A program made the translations under genes and the position numbers. The notes below the pieces were generated by a model. It worked only from the letters and a program-made list of their open reading frames with translations. It did not search any database and had not been told where the DNA came from. This document shows, piece after piece, positions 42,405 through 55,872 of a stretch of 64,000 nt of DNA. The stretch is from Calcarisporiella thermophila CBS 279.70 (taxonomy: Eukaryota; Fungi; Calcarisporiellomycota): contig NW_027192191.1 of NCBI RefSeq assembly GCF_041956535.1, positions 69,702 to 133,701 on the forward strand, written 5' to 3'. The stretch's first letter is position 1. Every line of letters starts with the position of its first letter.

Positions 42405-44869
42405 ATGATGCCGCCCTTCCCACCCTTACGCATACACTACTTCCTTCTTTTTCTTTTGGTTTCTACTCTCTTTACCCCTTTGAGTGCCTCCCTTTCTCTC
42501 ATACCTGGAGCTGAGGCTGCTGACCCAGGGGATGTGCTGTTGAATCAGCAGGGGCCTCAATTCGTTGAGACGGTGTTGGAGCAGCAGCCAGGACAAGACT
42601 ACTGCAATGTAAGTCATAAGATGACAATGTGTTTAGAAGAAAGCAAGGATGTTGATTGTTTTTTGCTACATTAATTGTGTAGCCGAAAGGACAGATAAGC
42701 GATTCATTTTGTGATTTCGAGACAGTGGAGCGCATCAATGCCGATTTAAGCCCACGCTTACATGACTTAGTGAGAACGAAATTCTTCAAATATTATAAGG
42801 TAAGCTTTTTTCATTTTTAGTTTGCTTTGGAGACCGCTGCATGCTTAAAGGAACACAATTCTCATGTCTTTAGTTAAATTTATACCGCGAGTGTCCCTTC
42901 TGGAACGAATACGGACTCTGCACCAATCGTGACTGCACGGTTGCGACCATGGATGAGAGCCATATACCGGAAATGTGGAGGAGCGAGGCATTGGGAAAAT
43001 TGAAAACATTTGGAGGAGGAGCGGTGCGTTTTCTCATTAGAGTTTTTGGGTGTGAACTCATAGGCTTACAGTCTCTTCTTTTTTGGTAGCTGTTTCAACC
43101 ATTTAAAAGTTGCCAGTTTGCTGAACAGGATTTTTGTTTGGTAGATGATGAGGCAGATCAAGGTGATATATCCTATAGTTATTACATAATGGTATGCATA
43201 GTCTCATTGTTCTTTAAATTTTAATTTTCTCGCACTTATAGAGGGGGTTTATGTTAACCTTATTGACAACCCCGAACGATTCACCGGCTACGCTGGTGAA
43301 TCTGCGGCCCGCATCTGGCGTGCAATCTATGAAGAGAATTGCTTCAATATAGTGCACCGCATGAACGGTAACAGTGAGTTCGCGGATAGAACTGAGCGTG
43401 CAAAACAATCGTTCTTTGGGACGAAGAAGGATATCTTCGCTCCGGCTCCCACAAAACGAGGTGACCTCTCAAAGCTGTTGGAGAATTTGGCCGAAGTGCC
43501 AGACAGCGATGAAGAAGTGTGTCTTGAGAAACGAGTTTATTATCGACTGATTTCTGGTAAGCGTTTTATTATTATAGCTATTATTAGTTTTTTTCTATTT
43601 TATTGTTTTTCTCTCTCGAATACTGGTGACTAATCTCCGCTCGTGTGTTCCGATGACTCTTAGGTCTGCACTCATCGATTTCCATTCACATCTGCGATGA
43701 GTATTTCAACCAGACGACGGGCGTCTGGGGTCCAAATCTTGATTGCTTCATCTCCCGTATAGGTTCCCATCCCGAACGCCTTCAAAATGTCTACTTCGAT
43801 TACGTAATCCTATTGCGTGCAGTCACGAAGCTTAGTAGTTTCCTACAAGGATACGAGTTTTGTACAGGCGATGCGAAGGAGGACACAAAGGTCCGCAAAA
43901 TGGTGGATGAACTTGTGTCTCTGTCCCAGACATGCCCCGATACCTTCGACGAGACTAAAATGTTTGCAGGAGAGGCTGCGACTTTGAAGGAGGAGTTCAA
44001 GGCCCATTTCCGAAACGTTAGCCGGATAATGGACTGCGTGGGATGTGAAAAGTGCCGGTTATGGGGCAAGTTGCAAACGGTGGGGCTAGGGACTGCGCTG
44101 AAGATCCTGTTTTCCTTTGAAGATAAAGATATCGAGTAGGTTATAGATGCCCATGGATCGTTTTGTATATATGCTAATGATGAATTTTGTCTTATTTTCC
44201 AGTGGCAAAACCAATACCAATCTCCTACAACGCAGTGAAATCGTCGCTCTCTTAAACACCTTCAACCGGTTGTCGGAAAGTGTGAGCTCTATAGGAAAGT
44301 TCCGACGGATGTATCAAGAGCGATTGCGAGCTCACGAAACCCCTAGCCAATCCAATCGCGCTGATCAAGTAAATAACAGTTTACCGCTTGGCTTGTCCAA
44401 ACTGGTTTACTAACCTCCTGGTCCTCGCACTTTCTCCGGAAAATAGGTTAGCAAAGCTAAAGTGGATACCAATGCTCAGCGATTACTTGAAAAATCCTCG
44501 TCAAGTTCAGAGAAAAACTTGGAAGCCCAAGCAGAGCAGAGGGGAAAGATCTTGATTACTGAGGGTCCGCCTCTATCCCCCAACCAAATGGCTGCCGATG
44601 GCCGTCAGTACCATCGAGAAAAGCAGAGCTCTGAGATCTTTTCACAAGCTGACATGCCCAAACAACCTAATGACCCCTCGTTACGTCCACCCCAAATACA
44701 TCTCATTCACCAGCTTCCCCTTGAACCGCAAGCCCGCCAAGTCTTTAACTGGACTCGCTCCACCTTAAACAAAGCCCTCTCTGATTGCTGCGGGTGGGTA
44801 GCTTCCGGAATGCGAAGGTGGAATCTGCCTGTCCCAGTAGTGTTGGAAGCCCTGGCCTCGAAACGATGA
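42405..44869 (+). CDS. ERO1: ER oxidoreductin 1, paralog B (8 exons)
   Basis: Signal peptide; RECPFW..GLCTNRDC, NPERFTGY, LISGLHSSIS, MDCVGCEKCRLWGKLQ, RSEIVALLNTF. Confidence 0.96.
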
Positions 44870-45266
44870 TGCGATGCGATGTGTGAATACAAATTCCCCC
44901 ACTAGATTTTCCTTTATATAAATATACATACTTTATGATACGAATGTGTTTTTTTTGTGATTTGCTCTTTACCTTACCACTTTGTTTAAAACCTTTTGTA
45001 CAGACGTTATTCCTTTTTTTTTTGCCTAATATCCCAAAAATCCCAGCCTCTGGTTTGGAAGCAAAGATGAAAACATTTTCTTTTTACCACGTTTGGTTTA
45101 TCTATTTTTATACAACACACAAATAAACTGCTTCAGAGTTTATTAAAAAAGAAATGGCTCTTTTTATTACTTGACAATAGATAGAACGTAATTGAAAACG
45201 AAAGAAAAGTTCCAAAAGAAAACATAAGGCAAAGAAAGGCGATATCGAAGCGAATACCGTTTGGGT

Positions 45267-46965
45267 TCACTCGTCCACCACTTCCTCCACAATGAGATTG
45301 GCGCTAGGCCACAAGCCCTGTTCATCTCGAATCCGTCGTGCAGCGTCAGGATGATGTACAGACCGGGGAAACGGGGTCACCAATAGGAACTCGAATTGAT
45401 GCTCATAGCCTTTGGGCGGCTGAGCGGTCGAACTCGATGCCGAGGAAGCGGATGTGTCTGAGAGGACAGGGTAGGCCTCCACAAAGTTGTATACGTCCAT
45501 GACACTGTCGTCTGGCCGGAACCTCCTGACCACACGCTCCCCGTCCATCATTCGCAAGCTTAGGCGTGCTCCTTCCTCATTTGCAGCGGGCTCCGGAGGA
45601 ATGCGGGTCGCCAAGTAGGCCTGGTATTGGCGGCGGAGCGCTTCCTTTTCTATCCGCATCTTCTCTAACCTCTCGGCCTCTTCTGCTGCACGTCTTGCCG
45701 CCTCCTTAGCCTCCTGTGCGCGACGTTCCTTCTCTTGATCCGCGCGCAAGCTCTCCTGGTATGCCCTGTCCTGCTGCTCCCGCAGTGCGCGTGCCTGCTC
45801 CCGCTCCATTCGTTCGGCGCGCAACCGCTGTATGATCGCGCTATGCTGTTCCATTTGCTGACTGATACGTTGAATCAGAGTCTCAGCGCTGGATGGGCCT
45901 TCGATGCGGTCCACCACGGACATCCGCGGGGTGCCCGATGTCGATCCTCCAGGGTATTGAAGCACAATGACCGCCACAAAGGGATAGCGAGTTGCCTGTA
46001 GAGTCCCGCTTACTTGGAAGCCCTCAGTCTCACGCACATTTCCTGCCCACACCACGATGTCATTATCACGCAGGAAGGATATTAATGCAGGCGAGGTCAA
46101 GGTGGTACGGCAAAACTCGGGAGTATCATCGTGCTCATCACTCTGCAGAATAGCTATGAAGTAGCGGAGCTCTCTTTTCGCAGTGTCAAGGGCTTGGCGG
46201 TAGCCCCCCGCAAAGAAGTCAGGGTGCTCGGTGCCGTAATTCTCTTCAAATTCCTGGAGGAACCGAGCGGCCGCTGCGCCTGGATCTTGACGGCGCGGCG
46301 TGCGTTGCGAGGAAGTGAGGAAGCGACGAGTAGATACGACCATAACTAAAGAAAAGTAGGGTACGAGTAATAGAAGCTGGTATCAATTTGCCACTGGATT
46401 GAAATAGAGATTATTTGGACTTACAAGCATAGGAGAGAATGGTCCAAGTGATATTCCATGCAAATTTAAAAGGCCATGCTAATAAACCCGTTAATCCCCC
46501 TCCTGTACCACCTTGTCTCCGACGATTGTAATTGCGTCCATTCCCTCTGCCGTTATTACTATTGCTGGTAGCAGAAGATCTAGAGTACATAAGTGGCTCG
46601 CGTTCTGAAGCGCCATCGAATACCGACTGAACTGCAGCCTAGTAAGCGAGGCATATCCAATTTTATTCATTTCTGCGCCGAGTGAGTGTGAGAAAATGGT
46701 ATAAGTGAACTTACTTCCATATTCCAGTGATTCTGCTCCAAGATCGCAATGGCACGATTTAGATCGTCAATATGTGTAACAGACTATAGGCATGACAATT
46801 ATCACCGGGAAAAAAATAAAGTGAGAGCATTTGGCATGGATGTGGCCAAAAATTAACACAGAGTCTAGGATTTGATCAAAATGTATTCGTGGGAGAGCTT
46901 TTCTTTACCTGAAACTGAGAAATTGCTTCTCGCTGCTGTGAATTTAAATTTTCAAGTCTATCCAT
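45267..46965 (-). CDS. UBA-UAS-UBX protein (FAF2/UBXD8/Ubx2-like Cdc48 adaptor)
   Basis: UBA-like ILEQNHWNMEAAV; hydrophobic hairpin; UAS domain (HDDTPEFCR..YPF); LREQQDRAYQESLRADQEK; UBX with FPR. Confidence 0.9.
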
Positions 46966-47743
46966 CGCAGCTATAAAATGCTTGAAATGGGAGTGCAATA
47001 AAGAACTAGCTGATGGGTTCAGAGATGTAGATGTCAAGAGATGATAACGTGATCTTTAATAAAACGCGCTACAATACTCGGCCCCCTCTTGGTACTTTAA
47101 ACTATCCGCCGAGTATCCTTATCATTCCGTTGCCTAACCATATGGGAATTAAGTGAAAATCGCAGGGTGGTAAGCCACACGATGATGGACGCCTTTGATA
47201 TAATTTAACGAGTCTACTACTAACTTATCGCTAACTATACCCAGCACGCTTGGACCCTGTCCATAGTCTACTTTCAAGGACAAATCGTAGTCTGTTTCTT
47301 CTCAAGACGCTGGAACAGTGCTACTTGCTTATTCCGCCTACGGGTTCTTTTGGTGTACTAGTGTATAGGAGCTGACATATCCTAAAGAGAGCAGCTTTTC
47401 AAGGTGCCCGCTGCATATTGCAATTTGCTTAGTATCATTATTTGATATCCAAGAGCTTGAGGAAAGGCACATGTCGACATGCCAATCTAGGGCCGGTGCA
47501 CCCTAGACTCAGAAAAACTGCTAGAGTATACAATCTTGCCATAAGTTTATTAAGAATCCGGGGCAAATTGAACAGGGCAGGTGAAAAAAGTGAAGATACA
47601 TGTTGACATAATGCGAAAACCAATAAATTAATTAAATTAAAGCTAAAGGATTCTCTATACTTATGGGTTACAGTAACAAGGAGAAAACAAGGGGAGAAGA
47701 GGAGAGGGAGAGGGGTGGGAAGGGAATTACAAGATTATCTGAA

Positions 47744-49031
47744 TTACAACATGACAACACTTGGACATCGGACCAGTTTCTCCTCGTTCATGGTAGAAAA
47801 ATGGTCTAACGTCTTTCCAACCAGTCCTAGACCAGGAAACAATCTACAGAAGTAGGCGCCACGGCCGGCTAACGAAATGCTGAGGCGTAGAGTGACATCC
47901 ACCATATAAATGAATCGTGGAGCCCGACTTAACCTTTGGACTAGGTCGTGAAGCTGCAGCCGAAACTGCTCAAGGAGTGTACGGACGTAATCTACCCCCG
48001 ATTGACTCAACAAGAAATAGCTGTCCAAAATCCCGAGGAGGTTGAGGAACTTGGGGGTGGGACCACCATGTAAGATCCAGTTGAAGAGGTCCCCCACCAT
48101 TGCAAGTAATACCCCGGCATACTGCGATAGGGTTCCCACTTCCATACGCACCAGAGCTGTCAGCTCTCTATATATATTTACAACCGGCATAGCAAACAGC
48201 TCAAACATTTGGGAAATTCTCCAAGATCGGTTCTGTTCTATTTTGTCGGCGAAGCGCACCATGCAAATAGGTTCACCTCGAGGGCTTACATTAATTGCAG
48301 TCCCTTCTACCCACTCGTAATGTGTATCACTGGTATCTACTAGCCATCTTACACGAAATCTTGCACATGTATAAGACCGGCATACTCGCCCAAGAATACC
48401 ACACAGCCCTGCAACATCTTCGGGATGCACGTGACGCATAATGGGCGTTCCCAAATAGTGTGACTCAGAGGGGTTGCCTCTGGCATCGAGTATTACCTCA
48501 TCAATAATTCCATATTGTGTCAGCTGCATGACAAGTCCAGGCTTCGATGAAAATCCAACCCTCGTAGCATCATGGGTCATTCTAGCCATATGATGCACCG
48601 ATGTCACCTCTCTCAAGCAATAGGCATATACCACTTCGTCTCTCGCATCGTCGCGCATCTCATGGACACACACATTAAGGCAAAATGTGGTGCCATCAGT
48701 TGGGTGTAGTAGCTCATGGACGGTGGAGTTCTCGTTGGACCGAAAAGTGGGTAGGAGTGAAATGAAATCTGATGGTGTAATGGATAAGGAAAGCCCATTG
48801 GCCGTCATTGAGATGAGATCGCCATGCTTGTCAAGAAGGATGAGGGCATGTGAGCGAATGGGGCAGGCGTCCAGAGTGTGTAAAGCAAGGGAGTGAGGTT
48901 GAAACGAAATCTAAAGGGGATAAGAAAAGATGTTAGCGAGCTGGAGGTCGCAGTGCAATCACATTCTATTGTCCAGCACACATCAGCGATGATGCCGTTA
49001 CCTTCTCCCTCTGGCTCTTTGAATCGATCAT
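47744..49031 (-). CDS. PAS-fold protein of unknown function, 2 exons
   Basis: Exon 1 MIDSKSQREK joins the long ORF in frame. PAS-like LGTPIMRHVHPEDV...FRVRW...YEWVEG. Confidence 0.6.
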
Positions 49032-51206
49032 TTTCCTCTTGCAAAAGAAAGAAAATGAATGATTTGTGGGGAAAGCTGCAAAGTTTCTGGTGCTGCTCTC
49101 AGCTCCAGATTGGGCTTTGGCTTATGACGCCCATGGATATCAGATGCCATTCAGAGAGTGGAAATTGAGAAGGAGTCTGAAAATAATTGGCTGCTCCAAT
49201 TTGCGCTGAGACAGACGAATGACAAGGGAGAGCGAGATGACAGGTCGTGTGATGCCTCCCCAAAAGGAGCACACAAGATGCGGTGCACAAATTAGGTCTT
49301 TGTTAAGATCGGTTCCCTTCCCTGCTGCACTCGCGCGTGTGCTAAGCTTAGACCGAGTCGGCCTGTGACTCGTTCCTGTTCCTTTTCTCTCGGTGGCCCG
49401 AGATTATACTTTTTATCCTCGAAGCAGCCGAGCAATCAAGTCTGAATCACCCGAATCAAGAGTCAGCAAGGACCTTCAAGAGGCCAACTGGCTTCTCTGA
49501 CGTCTTTGAAAAACACAAGTCGCCATGTCTTTACTCGTACAAATATATCGAGCTCAATATATGGCAATTAAGACCACTTTCAATTGGATTCACTATAGAG
49601 AATAACCAATCTATGTATCGGTTAACTTTTATAGCAATTAAAGGCATGGGCTGGATTACAATTCCGACGATGTTCGAGCTGAGGATAAAGCCTGTGGACA
49701 AATAAGCTGATGTGCTATTCTTGGGGGAAACATTTATTTTTGTCTCAAAAAAAGGAGTAGCAGCAGCAGCAACAGCGCTTAAGGTGTCATTGAAATGGTA
49801 CAGATAGCAATCGGGACTAGAATGTCAACGGCGCTCTTAGTTTCTCTAATCTACTTTCAACTGCTCCCCGACAACGACCACCACAGGGTGGTACAAACCA
49901 CCATTCTAGCGTTCAAGAATTGAACCAGCACCGATTCTAGTAGGGGAAAAACCCGAGATATTACTCAGTTTCTAGATTGTTGTGACGCTTCCAATACCAT
50001 GAGTCGGTAATCGCTGCCTTCCAAACACATGGGCTGGACAGCGAACCATTCGCAATGGATATAGATAATGTTATATGCGAACAATATCGGTTCCGAGTTG
50101 GCTCGCATCACATGTAGGCCCTGTTTATTTCCCTCTAAAATGGGCCTTATTCCAGATTTACGCTCTTTTAAGAGTGCCAAGGATTGTATAATTAGCTTAG
50201 AAAGCTAATTAAATCTTTGTTGAGAACGCTAAAATATACTGCCGAAGGGATTGGGCGATGATGGCTGGAATTGAAGTAGATCAACTCTATGGAGTCATAC
50301 ACGGGTTATTAAGTCAAATAATTCTTATATATAGTGTCTGTAAGCTTTGTTGGAAATACTTCTTGCATGTAATCAACACACGCTTTAATGCACAAGGATA
50401 TCAGAACCAGGTGCCACCATCTTCTTGTACGCTTCCCTTCCGATGGAAACTCAGGCTTGCGATGAGTGGTAGAGCTAGAGGAGCTAACTTAATATGGGTG
50501 GTGTGCCCGAGGAGAGGATCTTATTCAAGCGTTTCGATTACGCAAAAAGGACCCTAATTTAAGGCCAACATGTTTTCTTTTAAAGAATTCTCCGGGCTGA
50601 TTGCAATAGCCCTGATTTGTGTCTCTGCTTATCCCTCTTTCCTTGGGCGAGAGCGTGACCCTTCGGCCCCGGAATCAAATCTGCAATCTAGCCAAGATCT
50701 CGATTGGGGATTTTTCCAGCCGTGGCTCCAATTTTGGCTGGATGGGCCGAACATTGAAAGGGCGAGCGGCCCAACCCTATTTGATCAGCCTGCTCTTCTA
50801 ATTAGCGTGGTACCTTAATATGGTTGAGACAACGGAATGCAACCAGCCGGATAAAAAACCATTAGGCAGACTAAGCTCAATCCTGTATCCTCGCGAGAGG
50901 CCCAACTGCTTAGGGCCAGTGCCTAGCGAGTATATAGCGAGGGGGAGTTTTGTGCTGCCTAGGGACAAACGTGATACGCGCGATAAACTCTCCTGTCAGC
51001 TCAGACCTGTGGCACAAACTAGCCACGTAGAACTGGAAATAAAACAAGAAGGCTTCATCTTACTCCTCCTTTTCCTATCCTCTGCTCTCTCCCCTCGTTT
51101 CTTGCTCCTCCCTTTCTCCTTTTCTCGTTTCTCTTTCCCCGCTGCATTTACCTTTTTCCGTCCTAGTCTTTCCTTCACCTCCTCTTTCTAGCCCTCCCTT
51201 ATCGCG

Positions 51207-52010
51207 ATGGCCGTCTTCTTACGCTACATCACCCTTAGTGCTATTGTCGCACTCTTCTTGGCTAATGCGGCCAACGCTACATTCTACACTACGTTCCCCT
51301 ACGGCGAGTCGGTTGTCAAAGGCGATGACACCATGGAAATCACATGGAAGGAGGACAATAACACGCCTCCCATCAAACAGTTTGGCGACTTCAAGCTCGA
51401 GCTTATGACGGGCACAGACTTAGTCCAGAGCTCGCTCGCCGTTATTGCGCCCAAGCTCAGCGGTGCCGAGACAAAAATCAAGTTCAAAGTGCCCAAAAAC
51501 GTCGGCCCCGCCGGAAAAATTTACTTCCTTCGCTACACCTCCCTCAAAAACCCGGAACTGGTCGCGTTTTCGACGCGGTTCACCATCTTGGACGTAAACG
51601 GACCAGTGCCTGATGTGGTTAAACAGAATCAGGCGTTCTTCGCTCCTCTTCTCCAGGCGGGCGCCTCAAGCGGAGCCGCACTGCCCTCTGCTTCCGCTTC
51701 TGCGACCGTCCCGGCCTCTTCCGGCGTCTCTGGCGTCTCGTCTGCTGCCACCAGCCTGCCCGCATCAGGAATTTCCTCCACCGTGTCGTCCGTTGCTATT
51801 TCTTCCGCGTCTATCAGCGCCTCTTCGTCTGCACTCTCATCAGCTGTTGTCTCAGTGAAGTCGTCCTCATCTGCACCTGCCTCCTCCAGCGTCAAATCAT
51901 CGAGCCCTTCACAGTCAGCTTCTGCGCCTTCCAAGTCGGCCGCTACGACCACTACTGCTTCACTTGCTGCTGCTTTGCTAGCCTTGCTGGGGACTGTGAT
52001 GGTTGTTTGA
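51207..52010 (+). CDS. Ser/Thr-rich GPI-anchored cell-wall protein with a Kre9/KNH-like N-terminal Ig-like domain
   Basis: Signal peptide; ITW, LMTG, VP..VGP.G..YFLR, FSTRFTI; Ser-rich stalk; hydrophobic C-terminus. Confidence 0.85.
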   Translation: MAVFLRYITLSAIVALFLANAANATFYTTFPYGESVVKGDDTMEITWKEDNNTPPIKQFGDFKLELMTGTDLVQSSLAVIAPKLSGAETKIKFKVPKNVGPAGKIYFLRYTSLKNPELVAFSTRFTILDVNGPVPDVVKQNQAFFAPLLQAGASSGAALPSASASATVPASSGVSGVSSAATSLPASGISSTVSSVAISSASISASSSALSSAVVSVKSSSSAPASSSVKSSSPSQSASAPSKSAATTTTASLAAALLALLGTVMVV

Positions 52011-52706
52011 AAGAAGTGTTTATTTAATTTACTCATTTTAAAGATGTAGCACTTGAGTTTATATTGCCCTCATCGATATACATAAAGGTTCGGGTGAATC
52101 ATGCATTACAATTTTATTTATAAATAGCATCATATAATGGCAAAGGCGGCAGGGTTTCTAATACACGTAATAGATTTGGAAGAAAGTAAAGTATCTATGC
52201 TCGAAAATAGAGGTAGATTAGTATAAATAAATAAATGCTGACACAAGAAGAGACTAGCGGTAATAGTCAGACATTTCGCCTGGTTTTTCGTCATTTACTC
52301 TAGAGGAAGGTTAACTATGGAAGGACCAAATCAATACCTCTAACAAGATGCAAGGGTTTTAGAGCGAACAAAACCACAATGGACATCAAGAAGTGGTATA
52401 TTCCGTCATTCCATAAAAAAGCCCTTCAATAATTAGAGTAGTAGATATCAAACGTTTACCAAAGATCTCATCAACCAAGTTTAATTGAAATGGAAAATAA
52501 AAGAAATGAGGGGGAAAAGCTCACCTGGCACAATCCAAATCAAACAGAGAAAATGCCGAGAGAAAAGTAAAGCTTCTGCCGCGTCAATAAGGGAAAAAAA
52601 GCTGCGCCCTCTCCTTCGGATTTTAAACCGAATTTTTCTTTTTTCTATACCTTCATTGAGTATTCCTCTAGTAAAAGTACATCACAGATATCTGCGTGTT
52701 TAAACA

Positions 52707-54899
52707 ATGCCATCTGCTACGCTTCCCTCGCCCGAAGACAAGGCGATCATAAAAAAGGCGCTCCCTTCATCCAAAAATGTAATCCCATTTCACCATCTCG
52801 TTTAGTCGGATTCGTAATCTTACTGATGCTCCTTGCATTTTCTTTGGCTCCGAAATAGAAAATTGTCACTGCCACTGTGGCTCGTCTTTATATTGCTAGA
52901 CATGGGCAGGATACATGGACCTACACAAATCTAATGGGGGCTATTGCTTTCGCATACGACAAATCTAAGAAATCTTTTTTCTTGCGGCTTGTCGATCTTA
53001 AGGACGGCCGTGGCGTACTGTGGGAGCAGGAGTTGTACGATGGATTTGAATATCATCAGGATAGACCCTTCTTCCACACATTTGATTCAGATGTAGGCAC
53101 CTGGAATGGCCTGCTCGGGCTTTTTTTTTTCCTGCTCTAACGATCTTTCGTGTGTTAGGATTATATTGCCGGTTTGTCTTTTGCAGACGAACATGAAGCT
53201 GGCGTGTTTTATAAAAAACTCGTGAACCGTGAAACCATTAAGAAATGTATTTATTAATCTCTATGCCCAAACATAGGGAAGCTCATCTCCTTTAACCTTG
53301 TTTTACCTTTTTTTAGCTTCAACACGAACCTCTCTATTCTTTGGTGGATCAAAGTCTAGTGCCAACTCCAAGAAGGCGGGTAAACCCAAGATAGACAAAT
53401 CGCAGATTGGTTTACCGTCGAATTTCAGGCATGTGTCGCATGTCGGCTGGGACGATCAGAAAGGCTTTAGTGTATATATCTTAAGATGGGCCATTTATTT
53501 CCAAATTATTGTCTAAATCTCTTATTTTGGGGGTTATAGCTGGAAAATGTCGACCCAGAATGGCGCAAACTGCTCGATCAATTATCGAGGCTGGGTGTGT
53601 CTGAGGTAAAGTAGACTTGGGCTGCTTGGGCTGCTATTCCTTGCCATGAGTCCTCACACAATACAATAACAGGATCAAATCCAACAAAATGCCGGCTTTA
53701 TTCAAGATTTCGTGCAAAAACATGGCGGGCTCGCACCCACGAAACCAGCCCCTCCTCCTTCTGCCCCCCCAGCTCCACCTGCACCACGTGTTTCAAAACA
53801 AAGCCCCTTGCCCGCCGCGGCCATACCCCAAGCACCCCCCGCTCCTTCTCTTCCTTCAGCTCCATCACCACGGCCCTCTGTACACTCGCCTCCCAAAAGC
53901 GCCCCTCCGGCTCCACCCACCAATCGTCAGACCCGCGCCCCACCTCCACCTCCTGCTCGTCGACAGGCCCCTCCTCCTCCCGTTAACCGCCGACAAGCCC
54001 CACCTCCTCCGGCGCGTACACCTCAAACCCCAACCCTTTCGCAACATAAACCAGTTGTTCCTCCCTCGCAACCCTCTTCTGCACCCGTTATTCCCCCTGC
54101 ACCACCTGCTCCTCCTTCACCCGCTCCTCCATCGCCGGTGCCACCTCCTGTGGCCTCTGAGGCGCCGCCTGCTATTCCGCCGCCGCCTCCTCTTCCTCCA
54201 GTGTCAAGCCCTGTTCCTTCGGCCCCCGCAGTTGTGCCGCCGCCCCCACCTCCACGCTCTACCCCTGCCACACCGGCATCAGCTCCTGTTCCACCACCAC
54301 CACCACCTCCTCCGCGCAACGCCGCAGTTCCGCCACCCCCCCCTCCGCGCTCAGCCGCTCAAACTGCAGTCCCCCCTCCGCCCCCTCCACGTTCTGCCCC
54401 ACCTGCTCAGTCGAAGCCGCCGCTTCCATCAAGAAATACACCTACCTCGCCTGCTATCCCTCCACCTCCCCCGATACCTCCGACCAGCGGGGGAATACCT
54501 CCTCCCCCCCCAATGCCTCCTACCGGTGGTGGCAGTGTACCTCCTCCTCCACCTCCACCCCCTCCTACTGGTGGCGCTGTGCCACCTCCTCCACCCATGC
54601 CTTCAGCGAATACTGCACTTCCTCCTCCGCAATCTGGACGTAATGATTTGTTACAGAGTATACGTGCTGCAGGTGGTATTGGTGCCCTAAAGAAGACGGA
54701 TCGCTCCTCTACATCCTCTGCAACGGCTGCGGGCGTAGCGGCTGGAGCAGCGGCTGGCGCGGCGGCTACTGCTGCGGCCACGAGTGAGGGAGGCGAGGAT
54801 CTCGCGAAGAGTCTTGCTGCTGCGCTGACCAATCTGCAAAAGCGAGTGGGTGGAAGCGACAGCGAGGACGAAGATGAAGACGATGAAGAATGGGACTAA
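52707..54899 (+). CDS. LAS17: WASP/Las17-family Arp2/3 activator (WH1-CRIB-polyproline-WH2-acidic)
   Basis: WH1 VARLY..LWEQELY..FFHTF; [20 protein letters not shown]; WH2 [13 protein letters not shown]; terminal DDEEWD. Confidence 0.93.
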
Positions 54900-55239
54900 G
54901 CACCACTCTCTTCTACTTTTCGTAGTGGTGTCTTTATGTTTTTTTTTCTTGAGAAATTGTAATTATTTATCATGATTATTTTGTGCTCACCCATGTTTAT
55001 TCTTATTGCGGTGTTCCCTTTATATATATATATTCTTTATTAGAGTTTTTTTTTTGCGGCTCGATTATTTTTACTTGTTTATGTTCTAATATTTAAATAT
55101 TTGAGCACTGGAGGAAAATGAGTTAGTTCTTATTAGACTTGTTAGTTTCACCATTCACGAGAGAGGGTGGATAGATAGATACAGAAAGGAGGAAAAAGCA
55201 ATAGAATACAAAAATAAACAATACAACCCTATACCCTCT

Positions 55240-55872
55240 CTACCACCACATTAATATGGCCATACATAGACATAGGAGGATAGGCATAGCTCCACCCGAC
55301 CTCCTCATGCCTACCGCCCCACCGATGGGCATTCCCTCCTTCCGACACCGGTCCTTCACAATGGTGGGCTTTGGTATCCCTGCCAATTGTGCCATTAGAG
55401 TGCACCCCTCCACGCAGGTGGAGTATTTCGAGAATAGCTCCTGTTTCCGGCACATGCAGAGCGACAGCTGGTCAATCTGCTGGTGTGGATCGACGGTCGT
55501 GTCGGGAACACATTTGGTGTAGAGGTCGTAGAAGCCCTCACAAGTGGTGCATGGATCAGGGGCGGGCATGTTAAGATGATAGCTGCGGAGGCTGGGGAGG
55601 GTATAGTTTCCAAACTCGCGAGTGCTATTCTCGGATCCGGGATGGAGGGCCTGGAGATGTGCCTGCTTGATCGGCTGGTGGGAAGAAGAGTCGGACGCGA
55701 GGGGAGTAGAGTTAGGGGCCAACGGGGACGCCTTTATGGTAACCGAAATCGTGGGAGCACTGGGTATGGCTGTATGTTCCTTGAAATCGTCCTTGCCTTC
55801 CTTGGCATGAACCAGGTGGAAGATGAGAAGGAGCAGCGCTGAGGTGGAAAAATAAACCTTCATGTTGACCAT
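55240..55872 (-). CDS. Secreted cysteine-rich protein, probably GPI-anchored, function unknown
   Basis: Signal peptide; 8-Cys domain CTTC..C..CMC..C..C..C; hydrophobic C-terminus. Confidence 0.65.
   Translation of the reverse strand: MVNMKVYFSTSALLLLIFHLVHAKEGKDDFKEHTAIPSAPTISVTIKASPLAPNSTPLASDSSSHQPIKQAHLQALHPGSENSTREFGNYTLPSLRSYHLNMPAPDPCTTCEGFYDLYTKCVPDTTVDPHQQIDQLSLCMCRKQELFSKYSTCVEGCTLMAQLAGIPKPTIVKDRCRKEGMPIGGAVGMRRSGGAMPILLCLCMAILMWW

Noticed and set aside
49965-51191. Several 60-120 aa ORFs upstream of the GPI protein
   Set aside because: No motifs or coding-like composition; most likely promoter and UTR sequence.
53689-54832. 333-aa alternate-frame ORF and Gly-rich antisense ORFs in WASP
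   Set aside because: By-products of polyproline CCN codons.
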